Source: Archaeoglobaceae archaeon
Lineage (GTDB): Archaea; Halobacteriota; Archaeoglobi; Archaeoglobales; Archaeoglobaceae
Assembly: GCA_038734275.1 (NCBI GenBank)
Contig: JAVYOO010000005.1
Span: forward strand, 31,092-95,091
Length of the DNA: 64,000 bases
Direction: 5' to 3'
The notes under the pieces are model-generated. The model ran no database searches, was not told the DNA's origin, and saw only the letters and a list, made by a program, of their open reading frames with translations. The stretch's first letter is position 1, and every line of letters begins with the position of its first letter. Both the position numbers and the translations under genes were made by a program. Of the stretch, positions 9,460 to 17,677 are shown in pieces.

Positions 9460-10551
9460 CTAAATCAGGCATTTGGCGATGCCAGCACTGTAAAGACAAT
9501 TGGAGCAGGAAGGTTTATTTGCATAGCAATCCATCCCGTTTTCAAGGAACCAGCAACCCGCGACGTGCCCGCAGTCTCCGCACCATGGAAAATCCATCTC
9601 TTTGCGAAGCTTTTCAAATTGGCTTTCTCCTTCAACGATCTTGTCAATTTCTTCACTCAGGTTTCCAAGAATATGCTCTCGAATAACAATAGACCTTCTG
9701 TTGACAAACTCGCTGTGAGTGTAGGCAAATGGCATACAAGGAGAAATCTGAGCATCAGCCCTCACAAATAGAGAATCTTTATAAGGGCAATCTCGCTGGT
9801 CCGCTTCTCCAAAGAATTTTGGTTTCACAAAGCCCACACCATAGCTTTTTGCAAGTTCTTCGACTTTTTCGATTATCTCTTCGCTCTTTTTTGCCCTCTG
9901 AACTCTGTCTTTTGCTTCGAGCAAAGCACAGAAATTAACTTTACAGCTAATCTTCAATTCCTCAGGCTCCGATTTTCGGGCTTTGAGGATCTTTAAAACA
10001 AAATTCTCATCAACATGCAGGAAATCCGCATTAGCCCTTGAGCCTTCAAAGTATAAAGCCTTTGAGTAAATTTCGGAATTTGGAGCGATTAAATTCGTAG
10101 CCATTATATCAAGTCCTCTTTCAGCAAGTATCTGAGCAAGCTCTGGAAAATTCAGTAGATTATCTTGCGTTAAAACGATCTGAGCTATTGCCTTTCTTTG
10201 TAAATTTTCAAGCTTTCGAAATATCTTGCTCAGCTTCATTCCATGTCTCAATGCATCGTTAACGTCGATCGAGATTCCAAATACATCGACAAGTTCTGCG
10301 ACTTCGTAGAAGTTCTCATCAACCATTCCATTTGTGCTAACAACAATTTCCCCATCGAGAGCCTTGACAAAGTGCAGTATTTTTTCATGAAGCAAAGGCT
10401 CGCCATAGCCGTATAGCACGAACTTCTTTGCAACACCGCTTAGCTTCTCTACAGCATTTTTATCGAGCTCAGAAACAAGTGATGGTTTCAAACAGTATTC
10501 ACAGCTCAGATTGCACTTTGTTGTGAGCTCAAGCTGTAGTTTTTGGATCAT
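9460..10551 (-). CDS. radical SAM protein with C-terminal SPASM-like Cys-rich domain
   Basis: It has the CX3CX2C motif TTKCNLSCEYC near the N-terminus. The C-terminus has Cys clusters (WCGDCGHVAGC...CSNC...C). It is coupled to the upstream moaD-like gene by an ATGA overlap. Confidence 0.8.
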   Translation of the reverse strand: MIQKLQLELTTKCNLSCEYCLKPSLVSELDKNAVEKLSGVAKKFVLYGYGEPLLHEKILHFVKALDGEIVVSTNGMVDENFYEVAELVDVFGISIDVNDALRHGMKLSKIFRKLENLQRKAIAQIVLTQDNLLNFPELAQILAERGLDIMATNLIAPNSEIYSKALYFEGSRANADFLHVDENFVLKILKARKSEPEELKISCKVNFCALLEAKDRVQRAKKSEEIIEKVEELAKSYGVGFVKPKFFGEADQRDCPYKDSLFVRADAQISPCMPFAYTHSEFVNRRSIVIREHILGNLSEEIDKIVEGESQFEKLRKEMDFPWCGDCGHVAGCWFLENGMDCYANKPSCSNCLYSAGIAKCLI

Positions 10552-10817
10552 CCGCCCGCCACTGGGGGAAAGACCGCGATTCTGTCCCCCTCTTTAAGGT
10601 TTTCGATCAGCTCATCTTTAATGTTCCTTCCATTGACGGTAATGATCCTGTCAAATCTGTAGGAACCATTTTCGTCAAAAACTTCTTTCAGAAATTCCTC
10701 ACCAAGGATCTTAGAAGCTGATAAGAACGCATCTCTCAGTGTGCCGTTGCACTCAACTTCTATGCTTTTTCCAAATCTCTCCCTCAGGGTTGCGTAAAAC
10801 TCTATTCGAACCTTCAC
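10548..10817 (-). CDS. moaD: MoaD/ThiS-family ubiquitin-like sulfur carrier
   Basis: 89 aa with a beta-grasp-like sequence ending in the diagnostic C-terminal ...VFPPVAGG. Confidence 0.75.
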   Translation of the reverse strand: MKVRIEFYATLRERFGKSIEVECNGTLRDAFLSASKILGEEFLKEVFDENGSYRFDRIITVNGRNIKDELIENLKEGDRIAVFPPVAGG

Positions 10818-10847
10818 ATCAAAAAATCGCTTTAGAAGTTAAAAAAC

Positions 10848-11108
10848 TTAGCATTGTCCCCTTAAATATCTGAAGTAGAGCCTGATAGAAGTGCGATTCA
10901 CTATCAGGTGAACTAAAATCACGATAAGAGCCAAAATCGAAGCGTAGGTGTGAAGTTCACTCCATCCCAATTTTGTCATGCCAAAAATTATGAGCTGTCC
11001 CGATCTTGGACCATGTGGCCAGAAGTAGAGTATTAAGCCAGTTATGAGGCTCAAAATGCCTAAAGCCAATGCAATTGCGAAGATCAGAATTCTCACACGT
11101 ATCAGCAT
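10848..11108 (-). CDS. small integral membrane protein (possibly DUF4405-like)
   Basis: 86 aa with two to three hydrophobic helices and conserved-looking His residues (WPHG, LHTY, VHL). I recognised no catalytic motif. Confidence 0.4.
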   Translation of the reverse strand: MLIRVRILIFAIALALGILSLITGLILYFWPHGPRSGQLIIFGMTKLGWSELHTYASILALIVILVHLIVNRTSIRLYFRYLRGQC

Positions 11109-11155
11109 AACCAGGATATGTTGGAGGTTATAAGAAATTTTGGATCTTCAAAAAG

Positions 11156-11163
11156 ATTTTAAA
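11156..11163 (+). promoter_or_regulatory. TATA-like box (aaaaag-attttaaa) about 25 nt upstream of the ftr ATG; implies a leaderless mRNA
   Basis: An A-rich BRE-like stretch plus ATTTTAAA is centred about 25 nt before the ATG at 11185. Confidence 0.45.
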
Positions 11164-11184
11164 GCTATGGACAATTCCAGAGAT

Positions 11185-12090
11185 ATGCTCGAAATTAATG
11201 GAATTCCGGTTGAGGACACATACTGCGAAGCCTTCGACGGCATATACTCGAGATTTATAGTTACAGCCAAACATAAATGGCTTCTTGAAAAGGCGGTTTA
11301 TTCCGCAACCGCTCTACCCTCGACAGTCTTTGGAGAATCCGAGGGTGGTATAGAGAAATGGCTTTCTCCCAGTGAGACCCCAGATGGAAGAGTCGGAGCA
11401 ATCTGCCAAGTCTGGGTTCAGAAGTCGAAGAAGTTCATGGATGTGCTTATGAGAGAAATGAGCAAAAGGCTTAGACAGGGAATTCTCGTCGTGCCGACAA
11501 CAAGGGTTTTCAACGCGACTGATAGCGAAACTAAGTTTGATGCTGAGCTCAACGTAGGCAGATGTGGTGATGGCTACGAATGGGAAGAGGAGAGATGGGG
11601 AAGAAAGGTAATAGTTGTGCCAATCATGTTCGGCGAATTCGTGATCGAGCGCTACATCGGCTACGCAAATGGAATTGCGGGTGGCAATATATGGCTTTTC
11701 TGCGACAGCGAGTCTTCAGCTCTCGAAGCGGGTGAAGCTTGTGTTGAGGCTTTGAAACAGCTTGATGGCGTCATAACTTCCTTTGATATATGCTCCGCTG
11801 GAAGCAAGCCAGAAACGAAGTTCCCTGAGATTGGACCTACGACGAACCACTACTTCTGCCCGACGCTTAAGGGAAAGATCCCGGATTCGAAGGTTCCAGA
11901 AGGTGTGAAGTCGATTCCAGAAATCGTGATCAATGGCATAAACCTCGAGGCGGTAAAGAAGGCGATGTTCATCTGCCTTGACGTTGCAAGCAAAATTGAT
12001 GGTGTTTTAAAGCTTTCAGCGGGTAACTATGGAGGAAAACTTGGACAGCACAAGATCTATTTGCGAGACATTCTCAAGCAGTTTGGCTAA
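11185..12090 (+). CDS. ftr: formylmethanofuran--tetrahydromethanopterin N-formyltransferase
   Basis: With the start at 11185 the N-terminus is MLEINGIPVEDTYCEAFDGIYSRFIVTA. This matches the canonical Ftr N-terminus (MEINGVEIEDTFAEAF...). The length is about 300 aa. Confidence 0.9.
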   Translation: MLEINGIPVEDTYCEAFDGIYSRFIVTAKHKWLLEKAVYSATALPSTVFGESEGGIEKWLSPSETPDGRVGAICQVWVQKSKKFMDVLMREMSKRLRQGILVVPTTRVFNATDSETKFDAELNVGRCGDGYEWEEERWGRKVIVVPIMFGEFVIERYIGYANGIAGGNIWLFCDSESSALEAGEACVEALKQLDGVITSFDICSAGSKPETKFPEIGPTTNHYFCPTLKGKIPDSKVPEGVKSIPEIVINGINLEAVKKAMFICLDVASKIDGVLKLSAGNYGGKLGQHKIYLRDILKQFG

Positions 12091-12117
12091 ACTTAATTAA
12101 TTTTTTATTCCAAAAAT

Positions 12118-12126
12118 CTTTATAAT
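12118..12126 (+). promoter_or_regulatory. TATA-like box (ctttataat) about 23 nt upstream of the ccmE ATG
   Basis: The spacing fits an archaeal TATA-to-TSS distance and suggests a leaderless ccmEF transcript. Confidence 0.45.
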
Positions 12127-12144
12127 CTTCCTACTACTTTTCGC

Positions 12145-12474
12145 ATGCCAAGAATTGCACTGATACTCCTGATCGCGTTTGCGGCATTCGCGATCTTTAC
12201 GCTTTACCACAGTGTATCTTCTTCGCTAACCCCTTCTGATCTGCTGACTATGGGAAATGCAGAAAATGTGGTTGTGAGCGGTAGGGTTGAGAATATAAGC
12301 TACTCAAATGGACGGGTTTACTTCTATATCATCGACGAAAAGGCAAAGATCAAAGCAGTTTACGAGGGAAAAATCACTGGCGAAGAAGTCATCGCAACAG
12401 GAGACTGGAAAGACGGGACTTTTTATGTTAAAGAAATTCTTAGCAAGTGCCACACCGAATACAAGGGTGGTTGA
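12145..12474 (+). CDS. ccmE: cytochrome c maturation heme chaperone CcmE, CxxxY variant
   Basis: It has an N-terminal membrane anchor and an OB-fold-like body. The C-terminal motif is SKCHTEYKGG, that is C-x3-Y in place of the bacterial H-x3-Y. It lies directly upstream of ccmF. Confidence 0.8.
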   Translation: MPRIALILLIAFAAFAIFTLYHSVSSSLTPSDLLTMGNAENVVVSGRVENISYSNGRVYFYIIDEKAKIKAVYEGKITGEEVIATGDWKDGTFYVKEILSKCHTEYKGG

Positions 12475-13968
12475 GTGCTTGGTTTTGAATTAATGCTATT
12501 TTCAGCAATTTTTGCATCTTTGTCAGCTCTATTTTTCTTTTTTGCGACAAAAAAGCTGAAGTTTGCTGAGTTCGGCGAAGTAGCACTTTATTTGTCTCTA
12601 TCTTTTTGTTTTGCCTCAATGCTGTTGCTTTTGCACTATCTCATTACCGACAACTTCTCGATCTACTACGTTTACGCATACTCACAGCGAGAGATGAGCT
12701 TTGAATACAAGCTTTCTGCACTCTGGGCTGGCAAGGAGGGCTCCTTACTGCTATGGAACTTTGCAAATCTGCTTGTTGCTTCGATTTTTGCAAGCTCAGG
12801 CAAAAAGGACTTGCAAAAGGCAAAGGCTCTTGCAATATTCATGGCTATATCTTCTTTTTTGCTAATTCTGAGCCTTTTTTCAAATCCGTTTGAAGTGCTC
12901 GACTTCAATCCTTCCAACGGAGTGGGAATGAATCCTTTGCTCAGAACTCCAGAAATGATCATTCATCCTCCGCTTGTCTTCTTTGGTTATGCTCTCGTTG
13001 TTTGCATCTATGCTGGGCATTTAGCGGGAATAGAGCAAAGAAAAACCGTTAGAATTGCCTGGGCTTTTCTTACTGCTGGCATAGTCCTTGGTGGATGGTG
13101 GGCTTATAGAACGCTTGGCTGGGGCGGGTTCTGGGGATGGGATCCTGTTGAGAACGCCTCACTTCTTCCTTGGCTTGCACTTACCGCTTACATGCACACA
13201 AATAAGGGCAGAGAACTCTTTGCATACCTTGCGATGGTCTTTGTAGCATTTACCGCATTCATAACGAGGAGTGGAATTCTAAGTTCTGTGCACTCCTTTG
13301 GCGAAGACCCAATTGGCTGGGTTTACTTTTTCTTGATCGTCGCTTGTGCTTTGCCACTCTTAAGAAAATGGGAGATCAGGGACAACTGCTACACTTCTCT
13401 GCTTTTCGGAGCAATGATCGTGGTCATTATGCTCGGCACGATAGCGAATCTTTTCAGGAACGTTGATAGAAGTTATTATCTTATTACCTTTACACCCATA
13501 TTCTTTGCAACCGCTTTAATGGCTCTCTACAAGCTTAAAGCTTCGAGAAGAAAATTGATACACATTGGAGTGCTACTGCTGTTTATCGGAGCCAATTCTG
13601 TTTGGTTTTTTGAGCAAAAGGAGACAGTAGTTTTGAGTCCGGAGGGTAGAAGCGACGAAATCAGTTTTTATCTACAGAATGTGAGCAGTTATAGAACACC
13701 CGAAAAGACAATAATAAAGGCGGAAATTCTGAGCTCCTTAGGAGTTATCGAGCCTGAAATGCATATCTATCCCCAGTCAACGGTATCGAAGGTTTACATA
13801 ATCAGCAATCCTTTCCTCGACTACTACTTTGCAATGAACAGAGTTAGTCAAAGCTTTGTGGAACTTGAATTTTATCGAGTTCCACTGATCTCACTGGTTT
13901 GGCTTGGTTCAATTTTGCTTATTCTCGGACTCATTTCCGAGAGAATTGGGCTTGGAAGCAAAAAGTGA
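12475..13968 (+). CDS. ccmF: cytochrome c-type biogenesis protein CcmF (heme lyase, WWD family)
   Basis: It is polytopic and carries the WWD signature WGGFWGWDPVENASLLPWL. A GTG start follows immediately after the ccmE stop. Confidence 0.85.
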   Translation: MLGFELMLFSAIFASLSALFFFFATKKLKFAEFGEVALYLSLSFCFASMLLLLHYLITDNFSIYYVYAYSQREMSFEYKLSALWAGKEGSLLLWNFANLLVASIFASSGKKDLQKAKALAIFMAISSFLLILSLFSNPFEVLDFNPSNGVGMNPLLRTPEMIIHPPLVFFGYALVVCIYAGHLAGIEQRKTVRIAWAFLTAGIVLGGWWAYRTLGWGGFWGWDPVENASLLPWLALTAYMHTNKGRELFAYLAMVFVAFTAFITRSGILSSVHSFGEDPIGWVYFFLIVACALPLLRKWEIRDNCYTSLLFGAMIVVIMLGTIANLFRNVDRSYYLITFTPIFFATALMALYKLKASRRKLIHIGVLLLFIGANSVWFFEQKETVVLSPEGRSDEISFYLQNVSSYRTPEKTIIKAEILSSLGVIEPEMHIYPQSTVSKVYIISNPFLDYYFAMNRVSQSFVELEFYRVPLISLVWLGSILLILGLISERIGLGSKK

Positions 13969-13983
13969 GCACTTGGTGAGAAT

Positions 13984-14412
13984 TTGAGGCTTTGGTCTTT
14001 GCATCCAGCGTTGCTTGACCCAAAGGGGCTTGTTGCGCTTTGGAGAGAAACCTTGCTTGCGAGAAAGGTTCTTGAAGGAAAAACAAAAGGATACAGGAAT
14101 CATCCTCAGCTTCAGAGGTTCAGAAATTACGGCAATCCGATCGTTGCAATAAACTCCTATCTTTACTTTGTATTCGTTGAAGCTACCAGAAGAGGGTATA
14201 GATTCAGCAGAGAGAAGGTTTACGAATTGCCCGTGCTTGAGAGAATAATCCCGGTAACTAAGGGTCAGGTTGAATTCGAAAGAGAACATCTGGCTCAAAA
14301 GTTGAGCTTTAGAAATCCTGAGTGGCTGAAAAAACTGCCAGAGAAAGTTGAAGTTAATCCAGTTTTTTACGTTGTTGAGGGCGAAGTTGAGCCTTGGGAG
14401 AAGTTGAGATAG
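13984..14412 (+). CDS. pyrimidine dimer DNA glycosylase / endonuclease V-like protein
   Basis: The N-terminus MRLWSLHPALLDPKGLVALWRETLLARKVLEGKTKGYRNHPQLQRF is the pattern I recall for the Pyr_excise-like family. The start codon is TTG. Confidence 0.6.
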   Translation: MRLWSLHPALLDPKGLVALWRETLLARKVLEGKTKGYRNHPQLQRFRNYGNPIVAINSYLYFVFVEATRRGYRFSREKVYELPVLERIIPVTKGQVEFEREHLAQKLSFRNPEWLKKLPEKVEVNPVFYVVEGEVEPWEKLR

Positions 14413-14495
14413 TGATTTCTCCGATTTAAAAGCAGATCTTATGTTGGAACCAATTGGCAAAAATTTAAAAATCTTCATAACAACAGCCTTTTCAA

Positions 14496-14570
14496 GCTCC
14501 GGTGGTGTAGCCCGGTCAAACATAGGGGACTCTCGATCCCCTGCCCCGGGTTCAAATCCCGGCCGGAGCA
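14496..14570 (+). tRNA. tRNA-Glu: tRNA-Glu (anticodon CUC)
   Basis: A 75-nt cloverleaf with acceptor GCTCCGG/CCGGAGC, anticodon stem GGGGA/TCCCC, loop CTCTCGA and T-arm CCGGGTTCAAATCCCGG. No CCA is encoded. An A/T-rich box lies about 30 nt upstream. Confidence 0.9.
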
Positions 14571-14618
14571 TCTTAACTTGTTTTCATGGCTATTTTTCCG
14601 AGTTAAAAAGTCTCAAAG

Positions 14619-15668
14619 TCAACCAATCTCAGTTCTCTTTAGGCAGTCAACTCTTATTTTCCGATGTTGTGAAGTTAGTTTTTCTAAAACGAAGTCAAAA
14701 AGCCCAATTTTCCCGAAGAGTCTTAGCAGTGCTGGATGTCTTCTGGTGAAGGCGAAAATGTTCGCGATTAAGTAGTGTGTCCTCATTCTCCTGTAGTAGA
14801 TCTCCTCGTATTTTTCAAGTTCACCTCTTTCGACGCATTCAGCAAGAACTCTTGAAGATATTATCGCCTTGGTCATTCCTTCACCACCGCCAAGATCCAC
14901 TAAGCCAGCGGAATCTCCAACAAGTGCGATTGGGATCCCTTTCAGATGTCTTAAGAATGGCGAATTGCGATAACATGCCACAGGGCGAGCTGTGTATGAC
15001 TTGGGAATAAATCCCCCATCAATTAGTCCAGTCTTATTCATCATCTCGTCGAGCATTATCCTGAGCGGTTTAGACACCTGCTTAACAAAACTACCAGCAC
15101 CCACTTTCGAACCCTCTCCAGCTTTTGGGAATATCCAGAAGTAGCCATTCAGTTCTGGATGAAACTCAACTACGATTTTGTCGATATCCCTATCCGTAAA
15201 AGCCTGAATAGCAATTCCGCATGGCTTCTTCCCTCCAAACTCCTTGCACCATAGCGATGGATAACCGCTTGCATCTACGACTAAATCGAGGTTTTCGTGC
15301 ATTTTTAGAAGTTGTGATAGCTTTTCAATTCTTACTCCAGTTATAATTTCAGCCCCATTTTTTTCAGCAATTGAAGCCATCTTTTTCTCTAAATTAGCTC
15401 TATCAACGATCTCAACCGCTCCATTGAGTTTTATTGTTATCCTTGATTTTTCATTGTAATTTCTGTCCATTATAACCATGTCTGCCTCTTTTATAGCTCT
15501 ACCGCTGATATAGGGTTCTACGCCCGTGAATCTAATCCAGCCTTCAGCACATTGCACTGGGAGCCCTATTTCTTTATGCTCCTCATACAGGGTCACTTTG
15601 CCTAATTTCGTCAAGCAGATTGCAGCTTCCAGCCCTGCAACGCTTCCTCCTACGATAACAAAATTCAC
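14619..15668 (-). CDS. FAD-dependent oxidoreductase, geranylgeranyl reductase family
   Basis: The N-terminal dinucleotide fold is MNFVIVGGSVAGLEAA. There is a later GD-type motif (LVGDSAGLV). The size is about 350 aa. Confidence 0.7.
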   Translation of the reverse strand: MNFVIVGGSVAGLEAAICLTKLGKVTLYEEHKEIGLPVQCAEGWIRFTGVEPYISGRAIKEADMVIMDRNYNEKSRITIKLNGAVEIVDRANLEKKMASIAEKNGAEIITGVRIEKLSQLLKMHENLDLVVDASGYPSLWCKEFGGKKPCGIAIQAFTDRDIDKIVVEFHPELNGYFWIFPKAGEGSKVGAGSFVKQVSKPLRIMLDEMMNKTGLIDGGFIPKSYTARPVACYRNSPFLRHLKGIPIALVGDSAGLVDLGGGEGMTKAIISSRVLAECVERGELEKYEEIYYRRMRTHYLIANIFAFTRRHPALLRLFGKIGLFDFVLEKLTSQHRKIRVDCLKRTEIG

Positions 15669-15699
15669 ATTCTAATTTTAATTACAAATACTTAAAATT

Positions 15700-16934
15700 T
15701 TGCTCGATGTGATCACACTCGGCGGGGCTCTTAACATTCAGCTATTCGTATTCGGGGGCTTGGTTGAGAAGGTGATCGCATCTTATGTTGCAAACTACTA
15801 TCCTTCTCCCGCTCCTTCGCCAGTAATCCAACAGAGTTATCTTGAAGGCACAGTTGAATTTGAAAACTGGTCTCTACTTTCGATCTGCCAAAGATTGATG
15901 GCTGGAGCAATGAATCTCGGATTTATGCCGACAAAATCAATCACAGGTTCGAGCATGGAAGAAAACGAGGACTTTGGATTTGTTGAGAGCCCATTCAAAG
16001 GCGAAAGGCTCGGAATTGTTAGAGAAATTAAGCCCGATCTTTCGATCTATCACGGGTGGTGTGCGGATAAGGAAGGCAATACGATCATTTTCAACCCTTC
16101 CGCTGAAGGTGTTGTGCTTTGGGGAGCTTTTGCGAGTAAAAAAGTCATAGTTACCGTCGAAAGAGTTGTAAAAATTCCGGGCTACTTGGTCGATGCGGTA
16201 GTAGAACTGCCATTTTGGGGCCCCTCATCCCTTTATGTGCCAGAGGATTTTGGCGGAAGCTATGCGGAAGATTACGATTTTCTCGTTGATTTCAGAAATG
16301 CTTCAATGGAAGGAGAAAGGCTGGAAAAAAGTTAGCAAAGAGATCTCAAAGGAACCAGAGCCTTCGGAAGTTGAAAGCATGACCCTCGTGGCTGAAAGAA
16401 AGCTGAAAAATGCCTTGAGAGGGGTTATCGTAATATTCTTGTGGGAATCGGAGACTCGAATCTCTCCGCATGGATCGCTTACTACATTATGAGGGAAAAA
16501 GGCTTCTCAGCGGAACTCGTTGCAGAAGTTGGATTTTACGGCTATTCACCAAGACCCGCAAATCCCTTTGTCTTCAATACTGCAAACATTCCCACATGCA
16601 AACGACGTTGCTTCTACTGCAGAAGAAGTTGTGGTCGTTTTGAGACATTCTCCTCTTCCTGATGCTGGAGAAGGTGCCATATATAATCGCTAACGGCAAA
16701 AAGGTGACGACGGTGGTAACAACGAAGGGAGTTTTCGAGAAAATCAATAACGAGCTTGTTTTAACCGGATACATACCCCGGAAGGGAAAAAGCGGAGAGC
16801 AGATAATCGATGAAATTAAATCGACGACAGGCTGGGAAATTAAGGTAGCAGATGAAGTTATAGAAGAAGAAATTCCACCGGATAGGCTAATGATTCTTAG
16901 ATCTTTCGATCCAGACCGCTGTTTTCTTGATTAA
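15700..16934 (+). pseudogene. decayed CoA-transferase (family I, fused A/B subunits): N-terminally truncated, at least 3 frameshifts, internal deletion
   Basis: Four consecutive ORF fragments lie in frames 1, 2, 1 and 3 (15700-16335, 16235-16492, 16441-16662, 16662-16934). Together they read like the A and then B subunits of a glutaconate/3-oxoacid CoA-transferase. About 70 N-terminal residues are missing, and the fragment begins only 31 nt from the divergent gene. Confidence 0.75.
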
Positions 16935-16987
16935 TTTAGGGTTTATAAAGAGAACAAAAAATTAACATGTCCTAAAACACCTAATAT

Positions 16988-17060
16988 GGGGCTCGTGGGG
17001 TAGTGGATATCCTGAGGGCCTCCGGAGCCCTCGACCCGGGTTCAATTCCCGGCGAGCCCG
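16988..17060 (+). tRNA. tRNA-Arg: tRNA-Arg (anticodon CCG)
   Basis: 73 nt with acceptor GGGCTCG/CGAGCCC, anticodon stem AGGGC/GCCCT, loop CTCCGGA and T-arm CCGGGTTCAATTCCCGG. No CCA is encoded. Confidence 0.9.
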
Positions 17061-17130
17061 TTTATTTGTATGGCAATAATTATTTATATCTTTAGCCAAC
17101 CTTAATGCACCAAATTTGAAGGTGATGATA

Positions 17131-17676
17131 ATGGACGAACTCATAGCAAAAATCCTGAGCAAGGGTGCGGATATAAGCACGAGAAATGCGATGAAGATTG
17201 TTCTTGATCTGCTCAGGATCGATCATAACCTTGTTGATCAGCTTTACGTTGGCACAATCGATACCGCATGCAGAAAAAATTGGGAGAGAACTCCAGTTGA
17301 GAACAGGGCAATTTTTCTGCCACAATGCATAAGAAACTCGAAATCCTGTCAGGCTGAGCTGACCGAAAAGGGTTATGTATGTAAGAACTGTGGAAAATGT
17401 CCCGTTCCCGAGATAACCGATTACGCAAAAGAACTCGGCTATAAGCATATCTATGTTGTCCCGGGAGGGAGTATGGTTTACAGGATTCTTAAGGAAAATA
17501 GGGAAATAAAAGCTACGCTTGGAGTAGCATGTCTTTCTGAGCTATGCGAGGCATTAGAAAAGCTTTATCCATTAGGATTTACGGTTCAGGCGGTTCAACT
17601 ACTAAAAGCGGGTTGTGTTGATACAATTGCGGACGTTAGCAAGGTAAAGGAGAAAATAAAGCTTGGAATTCAATAA
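17131..17676 (+). CDS. DUF116-family Cys-rich protein
   Basis: It shows the pattern FLPQC...SC......GYVCKNCGKC...YVVPGG...LGVAC that I recall for DUF116. The ATG at 17131 is preferred over the upstream GTG. Confidence 0.6.
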   Translation: MDELIAKILSKGADISTRNAMKIVLDLLRIDHNLVDQLYVGTIDTACRKNWERTPVENRAIFLPQCIRNSKSCQAELTEKGYVCKNCGKCPVPEITDYAKELGYKHIYVVPGGSMVYRILKENREIKATLGVACLSELCEALEKLYPLGFTVQAVQLLKAGCVDTIADVSKVKEKIKLGIQ

Positions 17677-17677
17677 T

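Noticed and set aside
13909-14571. A 220-aa minus-strand ORF
   Set aside because: It overlaps the 3' end of ccmF, the whole glycosylase-like gene (antisense) and tRNA-Glu. It has no recognisable motifs, so I treat it as a shadow ORF.
16962-17448. Minus-strand ORFs of 72, 118 and 71 aa around tRNA-Arg and the DUF116 gene
   Set aside because: They overlap the tRNA gene or are antisense to the DUF116 CDS, and they carry no motif support.
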